In this document: piece by piece, positions 19,187 through 28,134 of the stretch
Numbering within the stretch: position 1 is the stretch's first letter
How the letters are laid out: each line of letters opens with the position of its first letter
From: Candidatus Omnitrophota bacterium
GTDB lineage: Bacteria > Omnitrophota > Gorgyraeia > Zapsychrales > Zapsychraceae
Direction of reading: 5' to 3'
Length of the DNA: 64,000 bases
Assembly: GCA_023247445.1 (NCBI GenBank)
Contig: JAHFGL010000004.1
Coordinates: 1,520-65,519 of the forward strand
Translations under genes and position numbers: made by a program
Notes under the pieces: generated by a model
What the model was told of the DNA's origin: nothing
What the model saw: the letters and a program-made list of their open reading frames with translations, nothing else
Database searches by the model: none

Positions 19187-20218
19187 ATGCCCACCGCGAT
19201 TGTTTCCTCTAACCTAAAAAACTCTGCTGCTTACGCAACGTTATTAAATCAGGTCAAAAAAACTTTGCTCGAGGGGCAGGCGCGCATTGAAGAAGCGCGC
19301 GTTCGCATTTATTGGGAAACTGGAAAACATATTCAAACGCATATTCTCAAATATTCTGATCGTGCGGAATATGGGGCGGAGATTTTTAAGCGATTGTCGA
19401 AAGATTTGAATGTTGATTCAAGCGTTCTGCAGCGTTGTGTTCAATTTGTTAAAGTTTATCCTAAGTTACCAATTCTCGGTGGCCACCGAGAATTCAGTTG
19501 GTCACATTATCTTAAGCTCATTACGATTCCTGATAAAAAAGAGCGGCTTTTGCTTGAAAAGAATATCACTCAAAAAGGCTGGACGGCAGATGAACTCGCC
19601 GCACGGCTTAAGGAAGAACACCAAAAAATTTTAATCCCTAAGCACTCAGCACTAGGCACTAAGCCACTAATTCCACTTCGCGGCGCGCCCTACACCTACC
19701 AGGTGATTGACCGTCCAAATATTAAAACCGGAAAATCGAGTTTGCGATTAGATTTAGGTTTTGGTGTGTTTCATAAAGATCCGGCGCTCGTCGCTTCCTT
19801 TAATAAAGGCGACATCGTGGAGTCGCGTCCAAAGGAGGATGCGTTTAAACTTTACAAAACAAATCGAACGGCCAAAGATCTGTACACCTATTGGGCCGAG
19901 ATTGAGCGCGTCATTGACGGCGATACCGTTAAAGTGCGATTTGATTTAGGATTTAATGTCGAGGTGCGCGAGACTTTGCGTTTGCGCGGGCTCGACTGTC
20001 CAGAAATGGACACGAAGGAAGGCCAAGCGGCGAAAACCTTTGTCCAATCGCATTTGAAAGAAGAGCAATTCGTCCTCGTCCGCTCCAGCCGGTCCGATAA
20101 ATACGACAGATATCTTGCCGATATTTTTATTCCACAGAGCGAAGAACCGAATCCATCGAAGGATTTATATCTGAATAATTTATTGTTGCAGAATGGTTAC
20201 GCGAAACGGATGAAATAA
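19187..20218 (+). CDS. nuclease with DUF1016-N-like N-terminal region fused to C-terminal staphylococcal-nuclease (SNase/thermonuclease) domain
   Basis: N-terminal RIYWETGKHI...RLSKDL...VQFVKVYP resembles the YhcG/DUF1016 N-terminal region. C-terminal DGDTVKVRFDLGF...LRLRGLDCPEM is the SNase Ca-binding core. Start codon uncertain. Confidence 0.6.
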   Translation: MPTAIVSSNLKNSAAYATLLNQVKKTLLEGQARIEEARVRIYWETGKHIQTHILKYSDRAEYGAEIFKRLSKDLNVDSSVLQRCVQFVKVYPKLPILGGHREFSWSHYLKLITIPDKKERLLLEKNITQKGWTADELAARLKEEHQKILIPKHSALGTKPLIPLRGAPYTYQVIDRPNIKTGKSSLRLDLGFGVFHKDPALVASFNKGDIVESRPKEDAFKLYKTNRTAKDLYTYWAEIERVIDGDTVKVRFDLGFNVEVRETLRLRGLDCPEMDTKEGQAAKTFVQSHLKEEQFVLVRSSRSDKYDRYLADIFIPQSEEPNPSKDLYLNNLLLQNGYAKRMK

Positions 20219-20306
20219 TTAGGGACACGTACTTTTCTTTAAACGTAAATAGACCCCGGAAAGTTTATCAATTACCCAAACTTTCAACAATGTAAATGAG
20301 GTTACC

Positions 20307-21119
20307 ATGAATGAAGAATTGAGTGCTTGGAGTATCGTTAAGAAGTTAACGTGGCACGACGCGTTTCACGTTTTGGGTGTTATCGCATTGGCTTGGTTGG
20401 GTTCTTTTTTAATCCGTTGGGTTATCCGTCAATCGGCGGAAAAGGCTCCGGCTTATCTTCGGCTTTTTATGCTGCGGCTGTTGCCGATTTCTCGTCTATT
20501 GATTGCAATCGCGGCCGTTGTCATCATTGTGCCTATTCTCATTGAGCCGAAGTTTCAGAATGTCATCGCGCTTGTGATGAGCGTCGCTGTTGCGTTGGCC
20601 TTTGCGTTCAAAGATTATGCGGGCTGCTTAGCAGCTGGTTTTATTACCGTCTTAGAAAATACTTATCAACCTGGGGATTGGGTCGAGATTGATGGCACCT
20701 ATGGAGAAGTTAAATCCATCGGTCTGCGGGCGCTGTTCCTAGTTACGGCGGATGACACCGAGGTTTCGATTCCCCATTCCCGTCTTTGGTCAACGAGCAT
20801 CTTTAATGCCTCAAGCGGTAACCGAAGTCTTTTGTGCGTTACGAATTTTTATCTGCATCCGGATCATGATGCGGCGTTGGTGCGTAGTCGTTTAACCGAA
20901 ATAGCGCAGGCCAGTTCTTATCGTAAGTCCGATACCCCTGTTGTGGTTATCGTCCTCGAGAAACCCTGGGGAACTCATTATCGGCTTAAGGCTTATGTGA
21001 AAGAGAGCCGGGAACAGTTTTTGTTTATTACAGATTTGACAGTTAAGGGGAAGGCAATGATTCGTTCCCTGGGTATCCGCTTTGCTCAAGCGACTTATGC
21101 CGAGACAAGTTTTAAATAA
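20307..21119 (+). CDS. small-conductance mechanosensitive channel (MscS family)
   Basis: Three TM helices, then MscS beta-domain motif GDWVEIDGTYGEVKSIGLRALFLVTADDTEVSIPHS. Confidence 0.8.
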   Translation: MNEELSAWSIVKKLTWHDAFHVLGVIALAWLGSFLIRWVIRQSAEKAPAYLRLFMLRLLPISRLLIAIAAVVIIVPILIEPKFQNVIALVMSVAVALAFAFKDYAGCLAAGFITVLENTYQPGDWVEIDGTYGEVKSIGLRALFLVTADDTEVSIPHSRLWSTSIFNASSGNRSLLCVTNFYLHPDHDAALVRSRLTEIAQASSYRKSDTPVVVIVLEKPWGTHYRLKAYVKESREQFLFITDLTVKGKAMIRSLGIRFAQATYAETSFK

Positions 21120-21276
21120 TTACAAGTAATTGTCGACCACACACCTGAACCTGATTTTTAAAATTCTTGAGTCCCCAATATTCGTGTGGTAATGTATTTT
21201 CAATTAATATCCGATCAATCCCCCGATCTCGATCCCCCATCGGATTCAATCAGTCCAAAAGAAAGGGGAAAAGTTT

Positions 21277-21990
21277 ATGTCTACAGAAATGAATCTCACC
21301 AAAATCGCCGTCTTTAAGGGAAAGCAAGTTAGAAAGATCATTCATCATAATGAATGGTGGTTTTCAATTAATGACATTATTGAAGTTCTCACAGGGACAG
21401 AAAGACCGCGTAAATATTGGAATGATTTAAAGGTGAAGTTAATAAAGGAGGGTTATGTTGAAGTGTCCGAGAAAATCGGACAACTGAAATTGAAGGCTTC
21501 TGATGGGAAGGAATATTTAACAGATTGTGCAAATACAGAAACTATTTTTCGTATAGTTCAAGCAGTTCCCTCCCCCAAAGCCGAACCTTTCAAACGCTGG
21601 TTAGCCAGGGTTGGTTATGAGCGGATTCAGGAGATTGAAGATCCTGAGTTAGCGATGAAACGCATGCGGGCTATTTATAAGGCTAAGGGCTACTCTGATG
21701 ACTGGATCGAAAAACGTGTGCGTGGCATCGCGATTCGTGAAGAGTTAACGGATGAATGGAATAAGCGCGGTGTAGAAAATCCACGAGAGTACGCGATTTT
21801 AACAGCCGAGATTTCTAAAGCGGCTTTTGGAATGACGCCTTCTGAGTATAAGAAATACAAGGGACTGGACAGGCAAAATTTGCGCGACCACATGACTGAT
21901 TTGGAACTGATTTTTTCTATGCTGGGAGAAGCGTCCACAACAAAGATTGCCCGCGGACGAGATATGAAAGGGTTTGAGCCGAATAAGTAA
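21277..21990 (+). CDS. Bro-N domain protein (DinD-like, DNA-damage-inducible protein D family). The frame continues past an in-frame TAA (21988..21990) for 44 more sense codons, to 22125
   Basis: Bro-N N-terminal block KQVRKIIHHNEWWFSINDIIEVL. The post-stop in-frame translation AAVDGGSIAGNARKELEQKSGEKVITQENF looks like genuine protein. Confidence 0.7.
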   Translation: MSTEMNLTKIAVFKGKQVRKIIHHNEWWFSINDIIEVLTGTERPRKYWNDLKVKLIKEGYVEVSEKIGQLKLKASDGKEYLTDCANTETIFRIVQAVPSPKAEPFKRWLARVGYERIQEIEDPELAMKRMRAIYKAKGYSDDWIEKRVRGIAIREELTDEWNKRGVENPREYAILTAEISKAAFGMTPSEYKKYKGLDRQNLRDHMTDLELIFSMLGEASTTKIARGRDMKGFEPNK

Positions 21991-22142
21991 GCTGCTGTTG
22001 ACGGCGGGTCGATCGCTGGAAACGCTAGAAAAGAATTGGAACAAAAAAGCGGCGAGAAAGTTATTACTCAAGAAAATTTTCGCCAAATTCCTCAAAAGAA
22101 AAAGCAAATAAAAATAAAGAGATAGAGGCTCCCTTACATACC

Positions 22143-22805
22143 ATGCCCACACTCGACACAACCGAAAAATTTAAGAAATATATCTTTTGGATCTTCCGCG
22201 CTCTCTTGATCGTCACCGCGATCATCGCCGTCTTTTCCCATCATTGGAAAGAAGTCATGTATCTTTTATTTATTTTATTCCTGACGTTTCTGCCCAGGAT
22301 CATCGAGGGAAAGGTCGGGCTTGATTATCCCAGCGAGATTGAGATCATCATCCTTTTGTTTATCATAGCCTCGATTTATTTGGGCGAGATGCATTCCTTT
22401 TACGAAAAGTTCCCGTGGTGGGACGTGCTTTTACACTCGATTTCCGCGGTCATTATCGGTGGCATCGGGTTTTCGATTGTTTTTATTCTCAACAAGAGTA
22501 AGAAAATAGTTTTTAAATTAAGTCCCGGATTTGTGTGTTTGTTTGCGTTTTGTTTTGCGGTCGCCTTTGGTGCGCTGTGGGAAATTTTTGAATATATGAT
22601 GGATCAAGCCTTTGGCCTTAATATGCAAAAGTCAGGGCTTGTTGATACGATGGAAGACTTGATTGTCGATTCCTTGGGCGCGCTAGTTTTTGCTGTGTTT
22701 GGATATTTTCATTTAAAACGCAAGATTCATATGTTTGACTGGTTAGCCAGAAAATTCTTTAAGCTCAATCCGGAGTTAAAAGAGACATCACAAGAGAATT
22801 TATAA
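22143..22805 (+). CDS. hypothetical integral membrane protein (possibly YjdF/DUF2238-like)
   Basis: Five to six TM segments. Motif GALWEIFEY. Family assignment is tentative. Confidence 0.4.
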   Translation: MPTLDTTEKFKKYIFWIFRALLIVTAIIAVFSHHWKEVMYLLFILFLTFLPRIIEGKVGLDYPSEIEIIILLFIIASIYLGEMHSFYEKFPWWDVLLHSISAVIIGGIGFSIVFILNKSKKIVFKLSPGFVCLFAFCFAVAFGALWEIFEYMMDQAFGLNMQKSGLVDTMEDLIVDSLGALVFAVFGYFHLKRKIHMFDWLARKFFKLNPELKETSQENL

Positions 22806-22913
22806 TTGCCATAACCTGGCCGTTGTGATAAAAAATATCCAGCTCAATTCCCCACCGTTTTAGTTTATCCCCCAACTAAACTATCCAATAAATCATTAAT
22901 CAAAGGGGGAAGT

Positions 22914-23480
22914 ATGTCTACAGATAGGAAACAGAAAAAACAATCTAATAAAGGATTGGTTCATTTCGTTTCAAAGGAAATTATAGAAAGTAAGATTTAT
23001 TTAATACGTGGACGCAAAGTTATGTTTGATCATGATTTGGCAAAATTATACGAGGTTCCCACGCATCGATTAAATGAACAAGTCAAAAGAAATCCTGAGC
23101 GATTTCCAAAAGATTTTGTGTTTCAATTAAGCAACGAAGAATATAAAGCTTTGAGCTCGCATTTTGCGAGCTCAAAAAAGGGCTCCGGCGGACGTAGATA
23201 TTTACCGTTTGTTTTTACAGAACAGGGGGTAGCCATGCTTTCAAGCGTTTTAAAAAGTAAGAAAGCAGCTTTAGTTAACGTTGCTATCATGCGAGTTTTT
23301 GTAAAGATTCGAGAATTATTAACAACACATAAGAATTTGGCGGATAAATTAAAAGAGCTTGCCACGCGCATTGACAATCACGATGAACAAATTCACTCAA
23401 TATTTGACGCCATTCGACAGTTGATAAAAGAAGAAGAAAAGCCCAGGCGCGGGATTGGGTTTCATGTGAAGTATGATTAG
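22914..23480 (+). CDS. ORF6N-domain protein (KilA-N-related DNA-binding, phage antirepressor-like)
   Basis: ORF6N signature IRGRKVMFDHDLAKLYEVPTHRLNEQVKRNPERFP...GGRRYLPFVFTEQGVAMLSSVL. Confidence 0.75.
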   Translation: MSTDRKQKKQSNKGLVHFVSKEIIESKIYLIRGRKVMFDHDLAKLYEVPTHRLNEQVKRNPERFPKDFVFQLSNEEYKALSSHFASSKKGSGGRRYLPFVFTEQGVAMLSSVLKSKKAALVNVAIMRVFVKIRELLTTHKNLADKLKELATRIDNHDEQIHSIFDAIRQLIKEEEKPRRGIGFHVKYD

Positions 23481-23504
23481 TTTTTTAATAGAAGATGAAT
23501 TTAA

Positions 23505-23616
23505 ATTTTTGAGGTTCCAATTTGGAACCTCAAAGGTTAGTATCTTGATGTGCCAATTTGGCACCTCAAGTTGAATTTTAAAATTGGAAGTCACAGCTTG
23601 TGACTTCCAATTTTAT
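23505..23616 (+). terminator. array of three consecutive hairpins (ttgaggttccaatttggaacctcaa; gtgccaatttggcac; aaattggaagtcacagcttgtgacttccaattt), the last followed by a T-rich tract
   Basis: Palindromes read directly. Shared CCAATTTGG/AATTGG cores. Located between the ORF6N gene and ychF. Confidence 0.5.
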
Positions 23617-23693
23617 TGCTTGTTTCTTCCCCCCGTCAACGTTAGAATAACCCCTGTATTTATTTAGTTAAACACACAAGTTAAGGAATCATC

Positions 23694-24767
23694 ATGGAAA
23701 TTGGAATTGTAGGTTTGCCTAACGTCGGGAAATCAACCCTTTTTAACGCGCTAACCGGCGCCGCAGTCGCAGCTGAAAACTTTCCGTTTACAACCATTGA
23801 ACCAAACGTTGGGATTGTTCCACTACCTGACCCGCGTTTATATGTTTTAGCTGAAAAATTTGAGAGTCAAAAGATCACGCCTTCCGGCATTCGATTTGTG
23901 GATATCGCGGGGCTCGTCAAAGGGGCCAGCCAAGGCGAAGGATTGGGCAATCAGTTTTTAGGCCACATCCGCGCCGTTGATGCCATTGCCCACGTGGTGC
24001 GCTGTTTTCGCGATGATAATGTTGTCAACGTCATGGATCAGCTGGATCCAGTTAATGCCGCTGATATTATTGAAACAGAATTGTTACTTGCCGATTTACA
24101 GCAAGCGCAAAAAGCCCTTGAGAAATTAAAAAAGAATGCCAAGTCCGGCGCCAAAGAAGATAAAGAAAAGGTCGCCGTGATGGAAGAGATTCTAAAAGCT
24201 TTTGAAGAAGGCAAGTCAGCCCGCAGCCAATCAATTCCTAAAGAATTTTTAGAAGAATATCAATTTCTAACGGCCAAGCCGCTTTTATATGTGGCCAACA
24301 CCGATGAAGGCCCTGCCGATCCCAAATTACTTGGACCATTACAGGTTCGTGCAGAGAAAGAAAATGCAAAGATCGTTGTCCTTTCGACAAAATTAGAAGC
24401 CGAAATTGTTCAACTTCCCGAAGAAGAAAGAGCGGTTTATTATGAATCAGCGGGAATCACTTCCCCTGGACTGGCAACACTCGCTAAAGCCGGACGAGAA
24501 TTATTAAATCAAGTTTGTTTTTTTACAGCCGGGGAAAAAGAGACCCGCGCCTGGCTTATTAATAAAGGAACAAAGGCCGCGAAGGCGGCTGGAAAAATTC
24601 ATACGGACATTGAACGTGGATTTATCCGCGCGGAAGTTTACAAATATGATGATTTGGTCAAGCTAGGAACTTACAAGGCGATTCAAGAAAAAGGACTCGT
24701 GGCGCTTGAAGGAAAAGATTACGAAATAAAAGAAGGCGATGTTGTTTATTTTAGGTTTAGTGTCTAG
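23694..24767 (+). CDS. ychF: ribosome-binding ATPase YchF (Obg-like ATPase)
   Basis: G1 motif GIVGLPNVGKSTLFNALT. Central coiled-coil insert. C-terminal TGS domain. 357 aa. Confidence 0.9.
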   Translation: MEIGIVGLPNVGKSTLFNALTGAAVAAENFPFTTIEPNVGIVPLPDPRLYVLAEKFESQKITPSGIRFVDIAGLVKGASQGEGLGNQFLGHIRAVDAIAHVVRCFRDDNVVNVMDQLDPVNAADIIETELLLADLQQAQKALEKLKKNAKSGAKEDKEKVAVMEEILKAFEEGKSARSQSIPKEFLEEYQFLTAKPLLYVANTDEGPADPKLLGPLQVRAEKENAKIVVLSTKLEAEIVQLPEEERAVYYESAGITSPGLATLAKAGRELLNQVCFFTAGEKETRAWLINKGTKAAKAAGKIHTDIERGFIRAEVYKYDDLVKLGTYKAIQEKGLVALEGKDYEIKEGDVVYFRFSV

Positions 24768-24826
24768 CACAGATTATTTCAATTAAGCAACAGCGTTTTA
24801 AACATATGGATTGTTAAAATAAATTC

Positions 24827-24985
24827 CAATAAACAAATACCAAATGCCAAACAATATACAAATACACAAATCCCAATGGCCAAAAGTCACATTCAGTTTT
24901 GTAGCTTGTTAATTGGAGTTTTTTTGGTATTTATGATTTGGGATTTGAATATTGTCTGTGATTTGGTGCTTGGGATTTTTAATTT
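24827..24985. repeat. palindromic intergenic repeat, copy 1 (arms caaat-ccaaataccaaa / tttggtatttgtgatttgg around a core aatcccaatggccaaaa...agttttgtag.ttgttaattg)
   Basis: Shares a colinear match of approx 120 bp with 29727..29850. Confidence 0.6.
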
Positions 24986-25002
24986 AAAAAGAGGAGATTC
25001 TT

Positions 25003-25419
25003 ATGATTAAAGCAGAATTGGGAAGACAGCTCATGATCAACGTTGATAACACCGTTGGATCGCTGGCGGAGGTTACCAGTGTCGTCTCGGCATCAAGCAT
25101 TAATCAAATCGCTATTTGTGCGTATTCCGTTGGCAAGAAAGTTGCGATTATGTGCGTGACGGAAGACAATAATGCCGCGAAGAAGCTGTTGGAAGATCAG
25201 GGGTTTCTTGTTCAGGAAGAAGAGGTTGTTTTGTTAACGATTGATAATAAGGCCGGATCTCTACAGCGCGTCACCGATAAAATCGCTGAGGCGGGTGTTG
25301 ATTTGAAATTAATCTACGGCAGTGTTTCCCCCGGACAAGAGTCGGCGCGCATTGTTATTATTGCTGAAAATAATTTAGATGTAATTATGGTCATTAAAAC
25401 AGAACTTGAGCGCAGCTAA
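25003..25419 (+). CDS. tandem ACT-domain protein
   Basis: Two approx 65-aa beta-alpha-beta-beta-alpha-beta-like halves with Gly after the first strand (VDNTVGSLAEV; IDNKAGSLQRV). RBS gaggag. Confidence 0.6.
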   Translation: MIKAELGRQLMINVDNTVGSLAEVTSVVSASSINQIAICAYSVGKKVAIMCVTEDNNAAKKLLEDQGFLVQEEEVVLLTIDNKAGSLQRVTDKIAEAGVDLKLIYGSVSPGQESARIVIIAENNLDVIMVIKTELERS

Positions 25420-25432
25420 GAGGAGTAAGACA

Positions 25433-25699
25433 ATGTCATTTCAAGGTCAAGGCATGGATGAAAAACAAAAGCAAGTCTTTGATAAAGCACGCAAAGGCGT
25501 TTTGAAATATTTAGTGGAAAAAGGCGGCAAGCTCAATATGGGCGAGTTGCACGACTACAGCATGAATAAATATTTTATCCAGCATCAGGGGTTTTCGCGG
25601 ATGATGGAAACCTTTGTCGATGAAGGATTGGCACAATATGATGCAGCAACACAAGAGGTCACGATTTCTGAACTCGGTCAACAATTTATCTCCAGCTAA
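25433..25699 (+). CDS. small hypothetical protein
   Basis: Internal start at the Met preceded by RBS aagaggag. No recognisable domain. Confidence 0.4.
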   Translation: MSFQGQGMDEKQKQVFDKARKGVLKYLVEKGGKLNMGELHDYSMNKYFIQHQGFSRMMETFVDEGLAQYDAATQEVTISELGQQFISS

Positions 25700-25713
25700 A
25701 GCTTACCCTACAA

Positions 25714-26943
25714 GTGAATAATAAAATTTATGACGTAGTTATCGTTGGCGCAGGCGCGGCAGGCCTTATGACGGCCATTTGCTGCCGTCGGCATGGCCTT
25801 GAGGTTCTGTTGTTAGACGGTCAACCTAAGATTGGCGCCAAGATTTTAATGTCGGGCGGCACGCGCTGCAATGTAACGAACTTCGATGTCAACGAACGCG
25901 ATTATCAGAGTGAAGAACTGCGCACCGTGCGCAATGTTCTTAAGGCTTTTCCTGCCACACAAACAATTAAATTTTTTCGCCGGCTTGGCGTTAATCTTAT
26001 CTTAGAGCCCGGTGGGAAATATTTTCCCACCACACATTCGGGAAAGACAGTTTTGGAGGCCTTCCTTAAAGAGATTGATCGATTAGGCGTTGTTTTGCAG
26101 ACCTCTTGTAAAGTTGACCACATTGAATTTGACGGCAAGAAATTTCATGTTCGCGGAGAAAATTTTGCGACACTTTCTAAAACGGTTGTGCTCTGTTCTG
26201 GCGGGCTGTCGTACCCAACAACAGGCAGTGACGGCGTTGGCTACCGATTGGCTAAACATTTTGGTCATCATTTGATTCCAACAACGCCGGCGTTAACACC
26301 GTTTGGAACCAGTGATCAGGATTGGAAAGATTTAAGTGGCGTTACGCTGCCTGCGCGCTTAACCCTTCACGTTGATGGAAAGAAACACATTGCGTACGAA
26401 GACTCATTTCTTTTTACCCATTTTGGATATAGCGGCCCGTGTGTGCTCGACATCAGTCGTCATTGGATCAGGCTTAAAGATAAACATGATGTGAAACTAA
26501 CCGCGAACTTCTTGCCCGATTTTGACGAACAATTGTTGCGCAGCAGTTTGGATCAATTTGTTAAAGATCATCCTAAGAAATTGACAAAAAGTTTCTTAGT
26601 CGAGAAATTGCCGGAACGTTTCATTGAAACTTTCTTGAAAAAGATTGATTTAGATGACACGATAGGTGTCAGTCAGCTCAAGAAAGAAAATCGAGAGCGA
26701 TTGATTTCTGGTTTACTTTCTTGTCCACTCCCAGTAACAGGGGTGATTGGTTATAAAAAAGCGGAGGTTACCGCTGGAGGTGTTGATTTTAAAGAAGTCG
26801 ATGCCAAGACTTTGGAATCCAAATTGCAGCGAGGACTTTTTTTTGCCGGCGAGATTTTAGACGTTGATGGTCGCATTGGTGGATTTAATTTTCAATGGGC
26901 TTGGGCCAGTGGATATGTGGTGGCGCAGGCCATTATCAAGTAA
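25714..26943 (+). CDS. HI0933-family NAD(FAD)-utilising flavoprotein (BaiN-like)
   Basis: N-terminal Rossmann YDVVIVGAGAAGLMTAI. Approx 400 aa. HI0933 C-terminal block GGFNFQWAWASG. Confidence 0.85.
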   Translation: MNNKIYDVVIVGAGAAGLMTAICCRRHGLEVLLLDGQPKIGAKILMSGGTRCNVTNFDVNERDYQSEELRTVRNVLKAFPATQTIKFFRRLGVNLILEPGGKYFPTTHSGKTVLEAFLKEIDRLGVVLQTSCKVDHIEFDGKKFHVRGENFATLSKTVVLCSGGLSYPTTGSDGVGYRLAKHFGHHLIPTTPALTPFGTSDQDWKDLSGVTLPARLTLHVDGKKHIAYEDSFLFTHFGYSGPCVLDISRHWIRLKDKHDVKLTANFLPDFDEQLLRSSLDQFVKDHPKKLTKSFLVEKLPERFIETFLKKIDLDDTIGVSQLKKENRERLISGLLSCPLPVTGVIGYKKAEVTAGGVDFKEVDAKTLESKLQRGLFFAGEILDVDGRIGGFNFQWAWASGYVVAQAIIK

Positions 26944-26960
26944 TTGAACTAAAGGTTAGA

Positions 26961-27539
26961 ATGATTCAAGTTGTCGAAACGTTATTTAATCCTAAGGGGA
27001 TGGCCATTTTTTGGACATTTGCCGAGGGATTTATTTTAATATTCTTACGAGGCCTTTTTCTTAATCTCAAAGAACAAAAAAAGCAGAATGGTTTTATTGT
27101 TATAAGCTGCGTCCTTTTTATTCTTTTAACGTGGGTAATCATGTATGGACAAAAGTTTATACCACTTCCAACGAGCAATTATGGGTATCAAATTATGTTT
27201 TGGAACTTTTTTTGTACCCTGTGGGTTGTTCTAGAAGGGACCAGCGTATTTTATGCCTTTCAAATTTACAAACACATAAAGAAGATCAACCCCGCGGTTT
27301 GGACCGCCTATATTCTTCCCCTATTAGTCGTGGGGGCGTTTGGTTTTTTTATTTTTTATCAGAGTTATGCCATCTTTGTCTGTCAGAAATATCATTTATA
27401 TAAGGATGAGTTTTATAATATGCAGTTGTTTTATGTTCGGATTTGCGGAGTTTTCTGGATAACTTTCGAATGGTTGGCGGTTGTAATCTGGCTTAGATTA
27501 TTTTCATTGTTAAAAGAGGATCAATCCCATGCTAGATAA
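26961..27539 (+). CDS. hypothetical membrane protein
   Basis: Four to five TM helices. Internal start chosen to avoid overlap with the upstream gene. Confidence 0.4.
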   Translation: MIQVVETLFNPKGMAIFWTFAEGFILIFLRGLFLNLKEQKKQNGFIVISCVLFILLTWVIMYGQKFIPLPTSNYGYQIMFWNFFCTLWVVLEGTSVFYAFQIYKHIKKINPAVWTAYILPLLVVGAFGFFIFYQSYAIFVCQKYHLYKDEFYNMQLFYVRICGVFWITFEWLAVVIWLRLFSLLKEDQSHAR

Positions 27540-27885
27540 TATCTTTCTTTGGATTGGAGCCAATTTTACAGACGAAGCGTATATTCTTTCAACAAAGATT
27601 CATGGTGTCCTCTGGAGCATTGCTGATGTTATAGTCATATTAACTGTACTCAACGTTGTTTGGTTATTTGGAAAGAAAGATGGAGGGAAGTTTCCTGTCG
27701 TCAGACTTACTCTCCTTGGAGTTTCAGCAGCCTTAATACCGTTTCTTATATGGACTAACACACCAAGAGACTTTTATTATTTAGATTCTGGGATCGTCAT
27801 GATCCAACTTTTTGTTTTGATTTATACAATTATAAGAAATGGAAAAGATATTAAAGACATTTTAAAGCCCAGGCTAAGAGATTAG
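27529..27885 (+). CDS. hypothetical membrane protein
   Basis: Three TM helices. 11-bp overlap with the previous ORF in a different frame. Confidence 0.4.
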   Translation: MLDNIFLWIGANFTDEAYILSTKIHGVLWSIADVIVILTVLNVVWLFGKKDGGKFPVVRLTLLGVSAALIPFLIWTNTPRDFYYLDSGIVMIQLFVLIYTIIRNGKDIKDILKPRLRD

Positions 27886-27888
27886 GTA

Positions 27889-28116
27889 ATGAAAATGAAA
27901 CTTGGACAATATCAGCATTATAGGGGGAAATTTTACGAAGTTATTGGCGTCGCTCATCATAGTGAGACGCTGGAGGAGTTGGTGGTTTATAAGGCGCTAT
28001 ATAAAACTAAATTTGGAAAAGATTCGTTGTGGGTTCGTCCTAGAAGGATGTTTTGTGAAAAAATTAAGGTCGGGGTTGCATTTGTTCCGCGGTTTAAATA
28101 TATTGGGAAACAATAG
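27889..28116 (+). CDS. DUF1653-family small protein
   Basis: YQHYRGKFYEVIGVAHHSETLEELVVYKALY...WVRPRRMF matches the DUF1653 pattern. Confidence 0.55.
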   Translation: MKMKLGQYQHYRGKFYEVIGVAHHSETLEELVVYKALYKTKFGKDSLWVRPRRMFCEKIKVGVAFVPRFKYIGKQ

Positions 28117-28134
28117 GGAGAGGAAAGGGAGACT

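Noticed and set aside
22143-22805. Assigning the 220-aa membrane protein to a specific transporter or enzyme family
   Set aside because: Only weak resemblance to YjdF/DUF2238. No diagnostic motif that I can verify without a profile search.
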